In this document: positions 35,801-48,869 of the stretch, in pieces | Layout of the letters: the number at the start of each line of letters is the position of its first letter | Numbering within the stretch: the first letter of the stretch is position 1 | From: Nemertoderma westbladi | Lineage: Eukaryota > Animalia > Xenacoelomorpha | Direction: 5' to 3' | Assembly: GCA_032718475.1 (NCBI GenBank) | Contig: JAUCBJ010004634.1 | Location: 1 to 64,000, forward strand | Length of the DNA: 64,000 nucleotides | Made by a program: the position numbers and the translations under genes | Notes under the pieces: generated by a model | Told to the model about the DNA's origin: nothing | The model's database searches: none | The model's input: the letters and a program-made list of their open reading frames with translations, nothing else

Positions 35801-38322
35801 TTTTCTTATATCACTCTAAAATATATAATATTTTCTTATATCACTCTAAAATATATAATAATTACTTATATCACTCTAAAATATATAATATTTACTTATA
35901 TCACTCTAAATATATAATATTTTCTTATATCACTCTAAAATATATAATAATTACTTATATCACTCTAAATATATAATATTTACTTATATCATTCTAAAAT
36001 ATATAATATTTACTTATATCACTCTAAAATATATAATATTTTCTTATAACACTCTAAATGTATAATATTTTCTTATATCACTCTAAATATATAATATTTT
36101 CTTATATCACTCTAAAATATATAATATTTTCTTATATCACTCTAAAATATATAATAATTACTTATATCACTCTAAAATATATAATATTTACTTATATCAC
36201 TCTAAAATATATAATATTTTCTTATATCACTCTAAAATATATAATAATTACTTATATCACTCTAAATATATAATATTTACTTATATCATTCTAAAATATA
36301 TAATATTTACTTATATCACTCTAAAATATATAATATTTTCTTATATCACTCTAAAATATATAATAATTACTTATATCACTCTAAATATATAATAATTACT
36401 TATATCACTCTAAAATATATAATATTTTCTTATATCACTCTAAAATATATAATAATTACTTATATCACTCTAAATATATAATATTTACTTATATCACTCT
36501 AAAATATATAATAATTACTTATATCACTCTAAATATATAATAATTACTTATAACACTCTAAAATATATAATATTTTCTTATATCACACTAAAATATATAA
36601 TAATTACTTATATCACTCTAAATATATAATATTTACTTATATCACTCTAAAATATATAATATTTACTTATATCACTCTAAAATATATAATATTTTCTTAT
36701 AACACTCTAAATGTATAATATTTTCTTATATCACTCTAAAATATATAATATTTTCTTATATCACTCTAAAATATATAATAATTACTTATATCACTCTAAA
36801 ATATATAATAATTACTTATATCACTCTAAAATATATAATATTTACTTATATCACTCTAAAATATATAATATTTTCTTATATCACTCTAAAATATATAATA
36901 ATTACTTATATCACTCTAAATATATAATAATTACTTATATCACTCTAAAATATATAATAATTACTTATATCACTCTAAAATATATAATAATTACTTATAT
37001 CACTCTAAAATATATAATAATTACTTATATCACTCTAAATATATAATAATTACTTATATCACTCTAAATATATAATACTTACTTATATCACTCTAAAATA
37101 TATAATATTTACTTATATCACTCTAAATATATAATATTTACTTATATCACTCTAAAATATATAATATTTACTTATATCACTCTAAAATATATAATATTTT
37201 CTTATAACACTCTAAATGTATAATATTTTCTTATATCACTCTAAAATATATAATAATTACTTATATCACTCTAAAATATATAATAATTACTTATATCACT
37301 CTAAAATATATAATAATTACTTATATCACTCTAAATATATAATAATTACTTATATCACTCTAAAATATATAATATTTACTTATATCACTCTAAATATATA
37401 ATATTTACTTATATCACTCTAAAATATATAATATTTACTTATATCACTCTAAAATATATAATATTTTCTTATAACACTCTAAATGTATAATATTTTCTTA
37501 TATCACTCTAAAATATATAATATTTTCTTATATCACTCTAAAATATATAATAATTACTTATATCACTCTAAAATATATAATAATTACTTATATCACTCTA
37601 AAATATATAATATTTTCTTATATCACTCTAAAATATATAATAATTACTTATATCACTCTAAAATATATAATAATTACTTATATCACTCTAAAATATATAA
37701 TAATTACTTATATCACTCTAAATATATAATATTTACTTATATCACTCTAAAATATATAATATTTACTTATATCACTCTAAAATATATAATATTTTCTTAT
37801 AACACTCTAAATGTATAATATTTTCTTATATCACTCTAAAATATATAATATTTTCTTATATCACTCTAAAATATATAATAATTACTTATATCACTCTAAA
37901 TATATAATATTTTTTTATATCACTCTAAAATATATAATATTTTCTTATAACACTCTAAATGTATAATATTTTCTTATATCACTCTAAAATATATAATATT
38001 TACTTATATCACTCTAAAATATATAATATTTACTTATATCACTCTAAAATATATAATATTTTCTTATATCACTCTAAAATATATAATAATTACTTATATC
38101 ACTCTAAAATATATAATATTTACTTATATCACTCTAAAATATATAATATTTTCTTATAACACTCTAAATGTATAATATTTTCTTATATCACTCTAAAATA
38201 TATAATAATTACTTATATCACTCTAAACATATAATATTTACTTATATCACTCTATAAAATGTATAATATTTACTTATATCACTCTAAAAGATATAATATT
38301 TACTTATATCACTCTAAAATAT
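32829..38322 (+). repeat. 29/30-bp AT-rich satellite, right array, with a ~2017-bp higher-order duplication
   Basis: Same unit as the left array. Identical variant runs and translated ORFs recur at a 2017-bp offset (33774/35791, 34041/36058, 34694/36711). Confidence 0.97.
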
Positions 38323-38656
38323 ATTTTATTTTTTATATCGCTTTATCGTTTTTATATTTTAAATATAAAATGCTTTGAATGCTTCCGAGCACCAGCCAGA
38401 ATTGTTATAGCCAATGTCTGAATGACTGAGTGCTCAAAGTATCAATGAATAGTCCAAGCAGTCTAAGAATAAAATTGCTTACAGTATTACCTATAAAAAA
38501 AATCGGGATATCATTTTTTAAAACTTTATCGCTACTTTTTATCAAACTCGCGTCACTCAATAAATGTAATAAATACCTAGAAAATCGTGAAAAAATAGTC
38601 CTAATATTTTTTCCGAAGTAGGCCTATAAATATTTATTATATTCATTTTCATACAG

Positions 38657-38763
38657 TTGGTCTGGCAACTGGAGCGTGGGTAGACATGACAGCGACCACC
38701 GAAGAGGATTGCAACGTATTCGGATTAAATTGCGATATAACATGCCATTGGAAGTGGAGAGGG
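38657..38763 (+). CDS. Host gene exon: C-type lectin domain, middle part
   Basis: atacag|...|gtgagt, phase 1-0, GLATGAWVDMTATTEEDC...CHWKWRG. Bridges the phases of exons 25849 and 50165. Confidence 0.8.
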
Positions 38764-40225
38764 GTGAGTAGAACTGCCTCATGTAGTGGCCTCGTCGTAT
38801 CACACGGCTCGCCCCATCCAAAAGACGTGTGCAAAAAATTGCAAAAAAGGGTCAAAAAAAATAAAAAATGTTCTTCGGCCGTTAGGCCAGAGATTGTACA
38901 CAAAGTCTAACGACTTATTTCCAATGCGGTCCCCCCAGAACTATACTCCCAGAGGAAACTCCAATACTCATTTAGCTACCACTTAAGGATGCCACCAGAG
39001 ATCCCCCATGGTTTTTCTCTTTAAAGCATTCTTGCCGAAACCAAAATTCGTCTGGCCCCCATGCGATTATTGAACCCAAGAAAAACCCGAGAGAAAGACA
39101 ATGCAAGGCCCAAGGGAATGAAAGATAAATTCAGACATTGCGTTTAACCAAAGAGTGACCTAACTACGTACGTACTATAACATTACTAGGTGGGGTAAAG
39201 GCTCGGACATTGGAAATGAAACCTCAGTAAAAAGCGACCTAAGTAACAATACTAATATATTGTATATATATACGGGGAGAGATAGTCATTTGTAGGGCTC
39301 CTCACTGATTGGTTCATTCCGGTTTAAAAACCTGTAAACCTTTGATATGAGTAGGGAATACAACTTAATTGAAACAGCGTCTGCCATAGTCTACTATGTT
39401 AAAGACTTCACCAAACGACTCTCGCCCCGCCCACTTACTATGGTTACCATTGTGCATATGTAACATATGTCACCACTGTGTGTGGTATAAGACCAGTCCA
39501 TAGACGGAAGTAATTTAATTAATTAGTATATTCTGGTTGGCGTTTGACCTTGAACCACAATAGGTAAAACCCAATATAGTAAGTAGGTGGGTTGCAGACG
39601 TTTGGTAAAGTCTTTAACATGATAGACTATGACAGACGCAACAACTAAAAAAGGTAAATAAACACCGACTAACGGCAGCAACCGACAATACTACAATTCT
39701 ACACTTATTGCTAAGTAACAAGTTGTGGGGCGAGCCGCAAAGTGAGTGTCAGGTTATAGTATTTATAATATTATTTTTAATTTGATTATTGTACTTATAT
39801 GGGGAGGGGCGAGCCATGACGTGAGTGAAAGCATATAGGTGTCATCAGCGAGTTGTCTTATCACCGTCTGTCACCGCCATACATTTTTGATTGCTAATAA
39901 CTCAGTTATTTCGTGATTTGATGAAAAAATGGGGCGAGCCATGTGTTATAATATTATTTTTAATTTGATTATTCTACTTGATGGGAGGGGGCGAGCCATG
40001 AAGTGTGTGAAAGCATATAGGTGTCTTCGGCGAGTTGTCTTATCGCCGTCTGTCGTCGTCATAATTTTTTTATTGCTAATAAATCAGTTATTCCAAGATT
40101 CGATAATTTATAATTATAGGTATTTATAATTTTATTATTTTACTTAAATCCGTCACCATTTATATTTTAAAATTTCTCCCATCACCTTACCCGTTTATCC
40201 CGCTATCACCATCTGTCCATTCTTC

Positions 40226-40582
40226 TTAATCCCCCACATCATCGCCTTTGCCACCACCATCCAACATCTCCCAAATTCCCAACAACATTTCGATTTTCTT
40301 CTCCATCGCTTTCTCCCGTGCACAGCTCTCCACCTCCTGTGCTCTTCTATCTCCCTCAGCCTCCATTTCCAACTCCCAATCTTCTCCCCACACACTCGAG
40401 TTATTTTTCGCCTCTTCCTCCAAATAATAATTTTTCTCTTTCTCTTCCCACTCATTTCTCGGATTCAACAATCTCTCCACCCGCGCTTCTTTTTTTTCTC
40501 TCTCGTAAATCGCAACCAGTATCATCTCATTCTCCTTATCAATCTCATCCGCTACAATCTCATTTTCTCCCTCCTCATCCAT
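40226..40582 (-). CDS. Acidic, Glu-rich orphan protein in the Polinton-like segment
   Basis: 118-aa ORF with ATG, tandem with the 244-aa ORF; low complexity. Confidence 0.4.
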   Translation of the reverse strand: MDEEGENEIVADEIDKENEMILVAIYEREKKEARVERLLNPRNEWEEKEKNYYLEEEAKNNSSVWGEDWELEMEAEGDRRAQEVESCAREKAMEKKIEMLLGIWEMLDGGGKGDDVGD

Positions 40583-40686
40583 GTATAATAAATAAAGTAA
40601 ATATGTGTATAATAATAAATGTATAATACTATAAATATATAAATTTATATAACATTTTAATAATATTTATTTCAATCGATAATTTA

Positions 40687-41421
40687 TTATATCAACAAAT
40701 AATTTAACAATTTAAAATTTTCCACCACAAAATAATAATTATTATTTAACCATGTCTGGCTCGTTACAGCGACATAGCTAGGTGTTATATTCGCGATGAG
40801 ATCAATTTTTCGCTTAAGCGCTTGTTCTTTCATGGCTTGAGGTGTTTTCATCTGAGTGCTCACATCCCCAATGAGGGTATCAATATCCTTATAATCATTC
40901 TTTTTTTCAGCACCGTCTCCCCGTTCATTTTCCGCAATCGTTGGCAACCAGATTTTTTTCTTGCCCATTTTCTTAGCGGTGACTTTTACTGCCTCGGACG
41001 TCTTCAGCTGACTAGTGTTGTTCAGCATTTCAACTTTCATTAGTTCCTTGTCCGCTAATTCATCAATCACAGCCTCAACAACTAACTTTTTAATCGGTAG
41101 AAAGTCACACCCAGTCGGAATATTGTGGCCTTCGTACTTCTGTAATTCCTTAATTATCTTGACAATTGTGTAATCTTGACATAATATTTGTGTTGTTTCA
41201 ATGGATGAAAATAACCTCGGTGTCGAAGTTGTGGCGTTGAAGTCGAAGCTGTCGAAATTACCTCTGGTGTATTCCTTGTAATATTCAATAGCTATTTTCT
41301 TATAATTGAGGAAGTCGAATAGGAATCTTATGTTCTGGTAAGTAAGACTTACTGATTCTTGCACGCCGTTGCGGCCTTTGTTGGCATCACCCCCAGCGAT
41401 TGAATCGAACGTATTTCCCAT
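40687..41421 (-). CDS. Orphan 244-aa protein in the Polinton-like segment
   Basis: Long open ORF in AT-rich context with an A-rich start context. No recognisable motif. Confidence 0.55.
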   Translation of the reverse strand: MGNTFDSIAGGDANKGRNGVQESVSLTYQNIRFLFDFLNYKKIAIEYYKEYTRGNFDSFDFNATTSTPRLFSSIETTQILCQDYTIVKIIKELQKYEGHNIPTGCDFLPIKKLVVEAVIDELADKELMKVEMLNNTSQLKTSEAVKVTAKKMGKKKIWLPTIAENERGDGAEKKNDYKDIDTLIGDVSTQMKTPQAMKEQALKRKIDLIANITPSYVAVTSQTWLNNNYYFVVENFKLLNYLLI

Positions 41422-42263
41422 TAAATGCTTTTATTTTTATTCCTTCCTCCACAAACTCTTACCTGTAGCCACTGTTACGTATGGGGCGGGTGCCCTGCTA
41501 GTAGAGCTACTGCTTAATGGCATCATTTTTGGTTGTGATGGTTTCACAGATTCCATCAACAAATTTTGTGAAATATTAAGTGTAAAAATAATCAATAATA
41601 TTGTGCTAAAACAATGTGCGAAAAATATGAAATAATGAATTAACCCGAATGATGAAATAAAGTATTTTACGGCGTATTTATAATAGAATGATGGGCTATC
41701 GGGATATCGGGTTTATTTTAACCACTCAACCAGTTTAATCGCTATTGTCCTGCGATAATTTTTTTTGAAAAACTTCCCAAATTTCAATGGAAATATTTAT
41801 TTACGCTTAAATTGGTTGACGTAAGTGGTAACAGCTTTTCGCTGGTGATTATTGTGACCAGCATAAATTTCTAGACACATACACCAAATTTCCACAGAAT
41901 ATTACTCATGGTTAAATATGTATGGTAATATGGTGGTATTAACCGCGTAGCTTCTTGGAAGTTTCATAATTTTATGCATGAGCGAATTTAATTTAATGCT
42001 GGCATCATAAAACTTTCTCGTCAAATATTTACTGTAATCATTTAATAAAAATGAACGATCACGGCGAGCGAACGAATGACGTTTTAAAGACACACCCATT
42101 ATAAATATACCCATTGGCCAAAATATTATTGATTAAGCGGTATGACAATGTCAGGGCAGCTTGAGTCTATAGATAAGATCATTTTTTCAAATATATTATT
42201 CATTATTTCATTTCTTTTCGGAATTTTTTTAGGTAAAATACGCCGTAATAAAAATTGTTTCCA

Positions 42264-42780
42264 ATGATACAACCTGAAAATTGTTACTGAGGGCCTAATT
42301 CAATTATTCCAATAAAAATTGAATTGTTAACCCCAACAGCTCGAGTGCCTGTATGTGGAATGTGGATCATATAGTCCGGCTGGGATTGACATATATAGCG
42401 CTGTGAATAGAACAATAGAGCCGTACTCGCGAATATTAATTGAGACCGGCTTTAAAATATATTTACCCGTCAATTATTTTGGAAGAATTACATCGACTTT
42501 TACCTTGGCAAAAATTGGAATCGATGTTGTCGAATGTGTGTTGGATGCGAGCGTTGCACGCAGTAATATAGATCAACTTGTAATCATATTGGCTAACAAC
42601 ACATCCAAGGAATACGTTGTTACAGCGGGCGATAAAATTTGTCAGCTTATATCCCAACAATGTAATGCGCCAATACTCTATGTTTCTAATATTTATTCGG
42701 ATGATTATTTTGGGTTTTTACCGACGAATTTAACGCCATATAGGGAAGATATTAATTCGGCAGTTCACCGTACATATTAA
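42264..42780 (+). pseudogene. Degenerate trimeric dUTPase-like gene
   Basis: ARVP..GS..PAGIDIYS (motif I), IETG, GRI, GDKICQLI (motif IV). An N-terminal stop and a 7-nt duplication (ATGTGGA x2, 42353-42366) shift the frame. Confidence 0.75.
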
Positions 42781-43088
42781 ATATGTGACATTAAACGCAT
42801 AACATCGGTTGGTCAATACTATTTCAATACTCTTACACGCGTTTATAAAGCCTAGTCAATAGAGCATATAAATAGGATAATTTGTCAGTTCAGTAAATTT
42901 TGGTTGGCTAAACGGTTTCTAGTACAGGGTGGCTGACTGGGTATTGGATATATTTATCTACATATAATCTACCGCATCTCCTTCATCGGTATAATATTAA
43001 TTATGAATTAAATTTAAAGCATAAAGCAATATTGTAAATATATTTTCTGTACCTACGTTAATAATATATTATAATTGTAATAATTTTA

Positions 43089-46000
43089 ATGACGGAGATT
43101 GATTGCATTTTTTGTGTTGTACTGTACTTAAGAAAATTTATTTACAGCATTTAAGCACACATTTCAATGGGTATGTTTGCGATAATTGTAATTGCCGAAC
43201 TACTTCAGAAAGATTAGCAATATTTCACAGTAATAGATGTTGTGGGTTGTCTCGCCCGAATTATACCTACCACAATTATGCGCTATCCTGTCTGACATGC
43301 TCTGATGATTTCGAAAATTTCGATTCATATTTGAACATAATTGCCATCAAAACCCTTACAATTCTCACAAACGTAAACATAATAAAAAAACAATCAGAAC
43401 CGACATTTCAACCGGATCTCAAAGTTGGTTCGCCTGTAAGCGTTACAAACAGCTCAGATATACCCAGCGAAGGTTTTCATCTCTCAAAAACATGTCACAA
43501 ATCACGCGTTCAAGAATTTACCCATTATGTGCCATCTAATGAGATGTATCCGGATGTGCCGAATTATTTAAATTATATGGGGATATATGCTTCACGCGCT
43601 TTTAACTTGATTGCGTCGACTTTTATTGATATGTTTTATAAAGTGTGGGTGATTGCTTCGGTGATAATGGAACGTGGTGATGCTAATTATACTTTACAAG
43701 ATGAATTCCATTTTACTTCGATATTCATAATTCACAATTACTTCATAATTGTGATTGATAATTACTACTTCATAATTACATTGAAAATAGCGCGGATCTT
43801 GATGTGTGGTACTCCACAGTCATTTCCCATATCAGCAAAAAAATATCGCAATTTATTAGGCGGGGTAGCGGTTGGAAACTTGTAACTGTATTGTGCATCA
43901 AACTTACTATTGTGTCATACTTGCGATTGGTATATCATTTTGGACATAGTGGTGATGCCAACCAATCAATTCCAACAAAATTAAAAAATAAACATTGTAT
44001 AATAAATGTACCGTGTAATGAAGGCGAATGTTTTAAGTGAGCGGTCCTGACAGCAAAATTTTCAAAACATATATTAGATGATCACACACTGCGCCATGTT
44101 TCACGCCAAAGTTCTTATAATCAGTATTTAGGGTTTTTTAATTTAAGCAAATTAGATTCTACCCTATCATGGAAACTAAATATTCTAAAATTTGAAAAAA
44201 AATAATCCAAATTATTTAATAAATTTATTGTATTTCGATAGAAGATTTCCTTTCTACGACAACCGAGCGCTAAATAAGCTGAAGGTAAAAGACTGCAAAT
44301 TTTATTGCTTATTGAACGTAAAAATTTAACGTCAACAAATCACATCATTGGGGTTTCCAAATTAAATATATTATTTAATGGTCGTGGGGAAAGCAATAGC
44401 GACACTCATTGTCTTCGTTGTGAGCGATGTATTCGTGGCTTCTACAGTCCAAATGAGTTAGAACGCCATAGATTGGGGTGTTGGCAAGGTGGGCGCCAAA
44501 TAGTGGATATGCCATCTAGACTGAATTTAGGTTTTACTAATTACTATAAGTCTGTGAGTACACCTTTTATAGTATATGGGGATTTCGAAGTGGTGCTAGC
44601 CCCAACAAATAATATAAAAAAATATTATATAGCCGAACTCCCTTCGGCTGCTTCATATTTGATTGTCCCCAATAGCGAATTAATTAACCCACGAAATTTA
44701 TTTTTGTCTACATTTAGACAAAATATTGATAATAACTCGGTACAGAATTTTATCGATAGTCTGGTTTTTGATTTATTTAAGTTTTATGAATGGTCTACCT
44801 TTAACACGCACCACCCCAAACACCTGGATCACACACAACACCAAGCTTACATGCATGCCACAAATTGCTTTAATTGTAAATCATTTTTTCAGGAAGATAT
44901 AAATCCAAGTGTAATGCATCACAACCATTACAACGGAGCTTTCATTGGTGTGGAGTGTATTTCCTGCAATAAACAATTAAGTGTGAAACGTCACCTATTC
45001 CCAGTAGTCTGTCATAATTTTTTTTCATATGATTCCCATTTAATTTTACAAAAAGGGTTCGCTGATAAGAAATATAAAAACTGGAACATTAAAACCATTG
45101 CAAAAACTGCTGAAAGGTATATCTCACTTCGCATCGATATTCCAATGTCAGAAGCACTTAGTGTGCTCAGTTATGCTATTCCGGAAAAGGATGTAAGAGG
45201 ACTCCCAACCAGCAAATCAATAACTATACATTTTATTGATTCATTCGCGTTTATGGGGTTTTCCCTTTCTGCTTTGGCTGGGTTTTTGACAAAAGATGTG
45301 TTAGATTTAATAACCATTATCCCACACATTGTGAAGCAAATGAGAAAATTATATCCAAATGTAACCAACGAAATTTTACAACGTCTTTTACGACGTTTAG
45401 TCAGTTTTTCCTTATGAATATGTCGATTCATTAAGTAAATTGGGGGATACTAAATTACCACATCCGAAAGAATTTTACAGTGAATTAACATTAACATCTA
45501 TTAGCCCTGAAGAATATACATTTGCTCATCTTTCGTGGGAACAATTTGGATGTGAGACACTTTTTGATTATTTGGAAGCTTACTTACATCTTGACGTGTT
45601 GCTACTAGCCGATATTTTCGAAAATTTTTGCGCTTATTGTACTAAACATTATTCGCTTGAGGTCTCAAACTAGTACACGATGGCGGGCGCGGGGGTCAGT
45701 TGGGACGAAACCTTGAGATATTCCAAGTCACATATTCGTCTACTCACAGACCATGAAATGTATTTAACATTCGAAAATTCCCTTAGGGGTAGAGTTTCTT
45801 ACACCAACCTTCATATTGCAAATTCGAATATACCAGGCACAGAAACATACGACCGTAATAAACCTGAAGCTCATTTATATAATTTAGTTCTTTGTTGGAG
45901 AAACTTCCTTATTCTGACTTCGAATGGTTGGACGTTGATAGTGTCGATATCATGAGTCTGGAAATTGACGATATATACGGATATTTTGCCGTATTAGATC

Positions 46001-46119
46001 TTGGATACCCAACGACTATTCAAGATGCCACAGCCGAGCTTCCATTTGAGCCTGAGCATGTTAAACTCGATAGTAGGTATCTCAGTCCATACATGGAAAG
46101 CTCACACATCTCACACTAA
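43089..46119 (+). pseudogene. Protein-primed family B DNA polymerase (Polinton-type), frameshifted and truncated
   Basis: N-terminal Cys/His fingers, GSGW, ECFK, YGDFE, HNHYNG..C..CN (EndoVII-like), HNFFSYDSHLI, FIDSFAFM, FYSEL, LDVLLLADIFENF, LPYSDFEW. The motif-A region is missing. Confidence 0.85.
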
Positions 46120-46640
46120 ATGTACCGGCAATCTTCTATTTAATTTAATGTGCGTTTAATTAAGATACCCTAGCACCTAAAGAAGGTTCTTAATTAAGGA
46201 TGTGAGTGCTTAATTTGAGTACAAAGTTTAAAAGTAAAAGTTAAACTCTTTTCACCTTGTTGTAGGATATATATTATGGCGAACAAATTAAAAGAGAACG
46301 AGCGTAACGAGGCTTGTAAAGTGGGCGTTGCGCGAGTAAAGTTCTACACCTGTGCACTAACTATTCGTAAATGTCTAAATGACAAAGTTTATAGTAAATT
46401 GAAAAGTATATGATTTGAACAGTTTCATTATAAGTGCCTTTTTTTAATTAACAACGTATGATAGGGTATAGAAATGTTATGTATCAAAACAAACTACTGT
46501 AACATATTAATAATAACAATAACAATAACAAATTAAGAACGAATTAATAATATAAACAAAGTAATGAAACAGATTAACAAAAATAAATAAAATCAAAATA
46601 ATAAAAAAATTAATGTAACACTTAAAAATAACAGAATTAA

Positions 46641-48785
46641 TTAATACACAAATTTAAGTAAGCATAGATTGAATTTTATAAAGAGCAACATTTCAGCTTT
46701 CTCTGCAGCCAGACGATTTCGGAGTGGTGTATAAATTATACCAGCATGGGTGAACAGCTGTTCGGATGGCACACTGCTGGGGGTCGTAGCAAGATATATG
46801 CGTGCCATCCTGAACAAAGTCGGGTACTTAGAAGAATTGTCCTTCCGCCATGCCAAAACGTTGGATGAGTTATCAATTTGCTTTTCCATGAGATATGAGC
46901 GCAGTTCGCACACCCCCTCAGCAGCCGGAGCTGCATTGTCTGATTCCATAGAGGAGGTACCCAGGTCTTCTTCCTCACTTTCTATCATTTCCTCCGCCAT
47001 GGTTAGTAAGTCACTACTACGCGCCGTATCTATTCTTGGGGCTTTGGCCACTGGGGGAGGCGATGGATCACAGAGTTTAATGGCAATACGTTCTGCAGCC
47101 TCACATGCTGAACTGCGCACGCTATCCGATGAAAACAATTTTAGTTTGCGACGTGGATCCAGAATAGCGGCCAGCTGAACTGGTTCAATACACACAATCT
47201 TGTCAAATCGTTTCTTCACAGCAGTGTGCAATGAATGCATGACAGTACGAAGCCCCATGAAGTCCGGTTCATTGTAACGACCTAAGAATAATATTAACTC
47301 CTTACTTAGAAACAATTCATCAGCAAGAGTAGCATCGCTGCCACTCAATGAGACAGTCATATCCTTGATGGGTTTAAGGATCTTGATCAGCTTGCGGAGC
47401 AGATCGATTTCAGATTTAGTGAGATTTATGTCGAAATCAACACAAAAGTGTATGTAGCTAACCTGCATTTCCAGTTGCCCCTCGACCATGTCAAAAGTAG
47501 AATTCCACCGACTATCTACATCCTGAATAAATGATAATTGCTTCGGGTCATACTTCTTCTGAATTTCGCGCAAATGATGACTGTCCTTGAAGCTCTTATT
47601 AAAGTGCTGTGAGATCTTCCGGCATTTGGAGACTGCATTGTTCCAAGATGCTTGCACTTTGATGGCCTCGCCAACTGCCAAGTGCAATTGGTGACATGCG
47701 CAATCAAGGCTAGTCAACCCCATGTCTCTGAATGCTCTGACCATGTTTGTTCCACCATCACGCAAATACAACATGCACATCTTCTTGTTTAAGACCCCAC
47801 TGCTGAAGGTCCCCATGGAACTTGGCCTCAATCGTTGCATAGTTGTGTGAATCATCAAACTCAGACACACTGAGCACAACCTTGTAGCGCTTCGCTTTTT
47901 TTATCAATGGCGTGCAGTGTGAGACTTAGCAAGCTAACCTTACAGTTTTTGTTTGTCCATATGTCGGTGGTGAATGAGTACTTTTCGAAGCACTGGATGA
48001 AGTTGCGTACCATCTCAGACAACTTATTATAGATCTCAGGCACCTTAGTTTGCGAAAAAAAAACGTGCTTGACTTTATCTTATATTGCTTGTGTGAAGCA
48101 TTAGGCGTCGAAAACCCAACCCCTCTACATGCAAGAAGGGCAAATCGTCAAGTGCCAGCATTTCTGCAATCAGTCGATCAACTTCCTTTGCTTCAGGGCT
48201 GTCATAGGCCCATGTCCTATTTCGATTCAGGCTTTGCTCGATAGTCAGCTGTGTTTTGACAGTTTCTCTTGCAGCAATAAAGCTAGATTAAGTAACCATC
48301 TCTGAATCTCGATCTTTCGTCATCCTCCCCTGTTCCGCTTCCAGCTCCTCCAGTTGATTGTGCTGCTTCTTGTGCACCAACCTCAGGTGCTTTTTCAGTG
48401 CAGTACATGATCCACCTCGCTTGAGCATTTTATTGCAGATTTTACATAGCCCATACTTATTCTCAAAGAAATGCCATGTTTGGCTTTTATCTACCTCTAT
48501 TGGGGAGAAAAGTTCAAATGTCGATCGCGTGTCAGCTTGTTCAAGGTTTACCATCACCTCATTACTGTTCACCAACATTACTGTTGTCTCATTACCTTTT
48601 TCCAATATTGAAGCAGCTGATACCCCACTGCCACCCATTTCAAATTCGGAAACTTCATGCAACTGGTTCTCAACCGCTGAACCAATCTCACTACCTCCAG
48701 CATCATCAAATCCCTCAAATTCCTGTGAATCCTGAAAGTAACTTTCATCAGATGAATGGCTTGATTCCATGACAAAACGTGACAT
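46641..48785 (-). pseudogene. hAT-family transposase (BED finger + DDE + dimerisation domain), frameshifted
   Basis: WHFF...CKICNK...LKKHLRLVH, FTTDIWT, CACHQLHL, SRWNSTFDM, YPTL...SSVPSEQLF. Confidence 0.9.
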
Positions 48786-48869
48786 ATAATGATATTATAA
48801 AGGCTAGGCAATAAATTCAAGTTATAAAATTCAAAATTCAAGTAGGCTTACCGGTTCTGGTACAGAGAC

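Larger units (their letters stand above)
40195..46119. mobile_element. Decayed Polinton/Maverick (adintovirus-like) segment; boundaries uncertain
   Basis: Intronless, closely packed ORFs with a pPolB pseudogene, a dUTPase-like gene and orphan ORFs. No TIR, integrase or capsid recognised. Confidence 0.65.

Noticed and set aside
26075-38322. ORFs such as MYNIFLYHSK... in the 30-bp array, and a superficial CRISPR-like periodicity
   Set aside because: These are translations of a tandem satellite. There are no unique spacers and no cas genes, and the context is eukaryotic.
38764-38800. Polinton terminal inverted repeat (AGTAG...)
   Set aside because: It overlaps the splice donor, and no matching inverted copy was found in the window.
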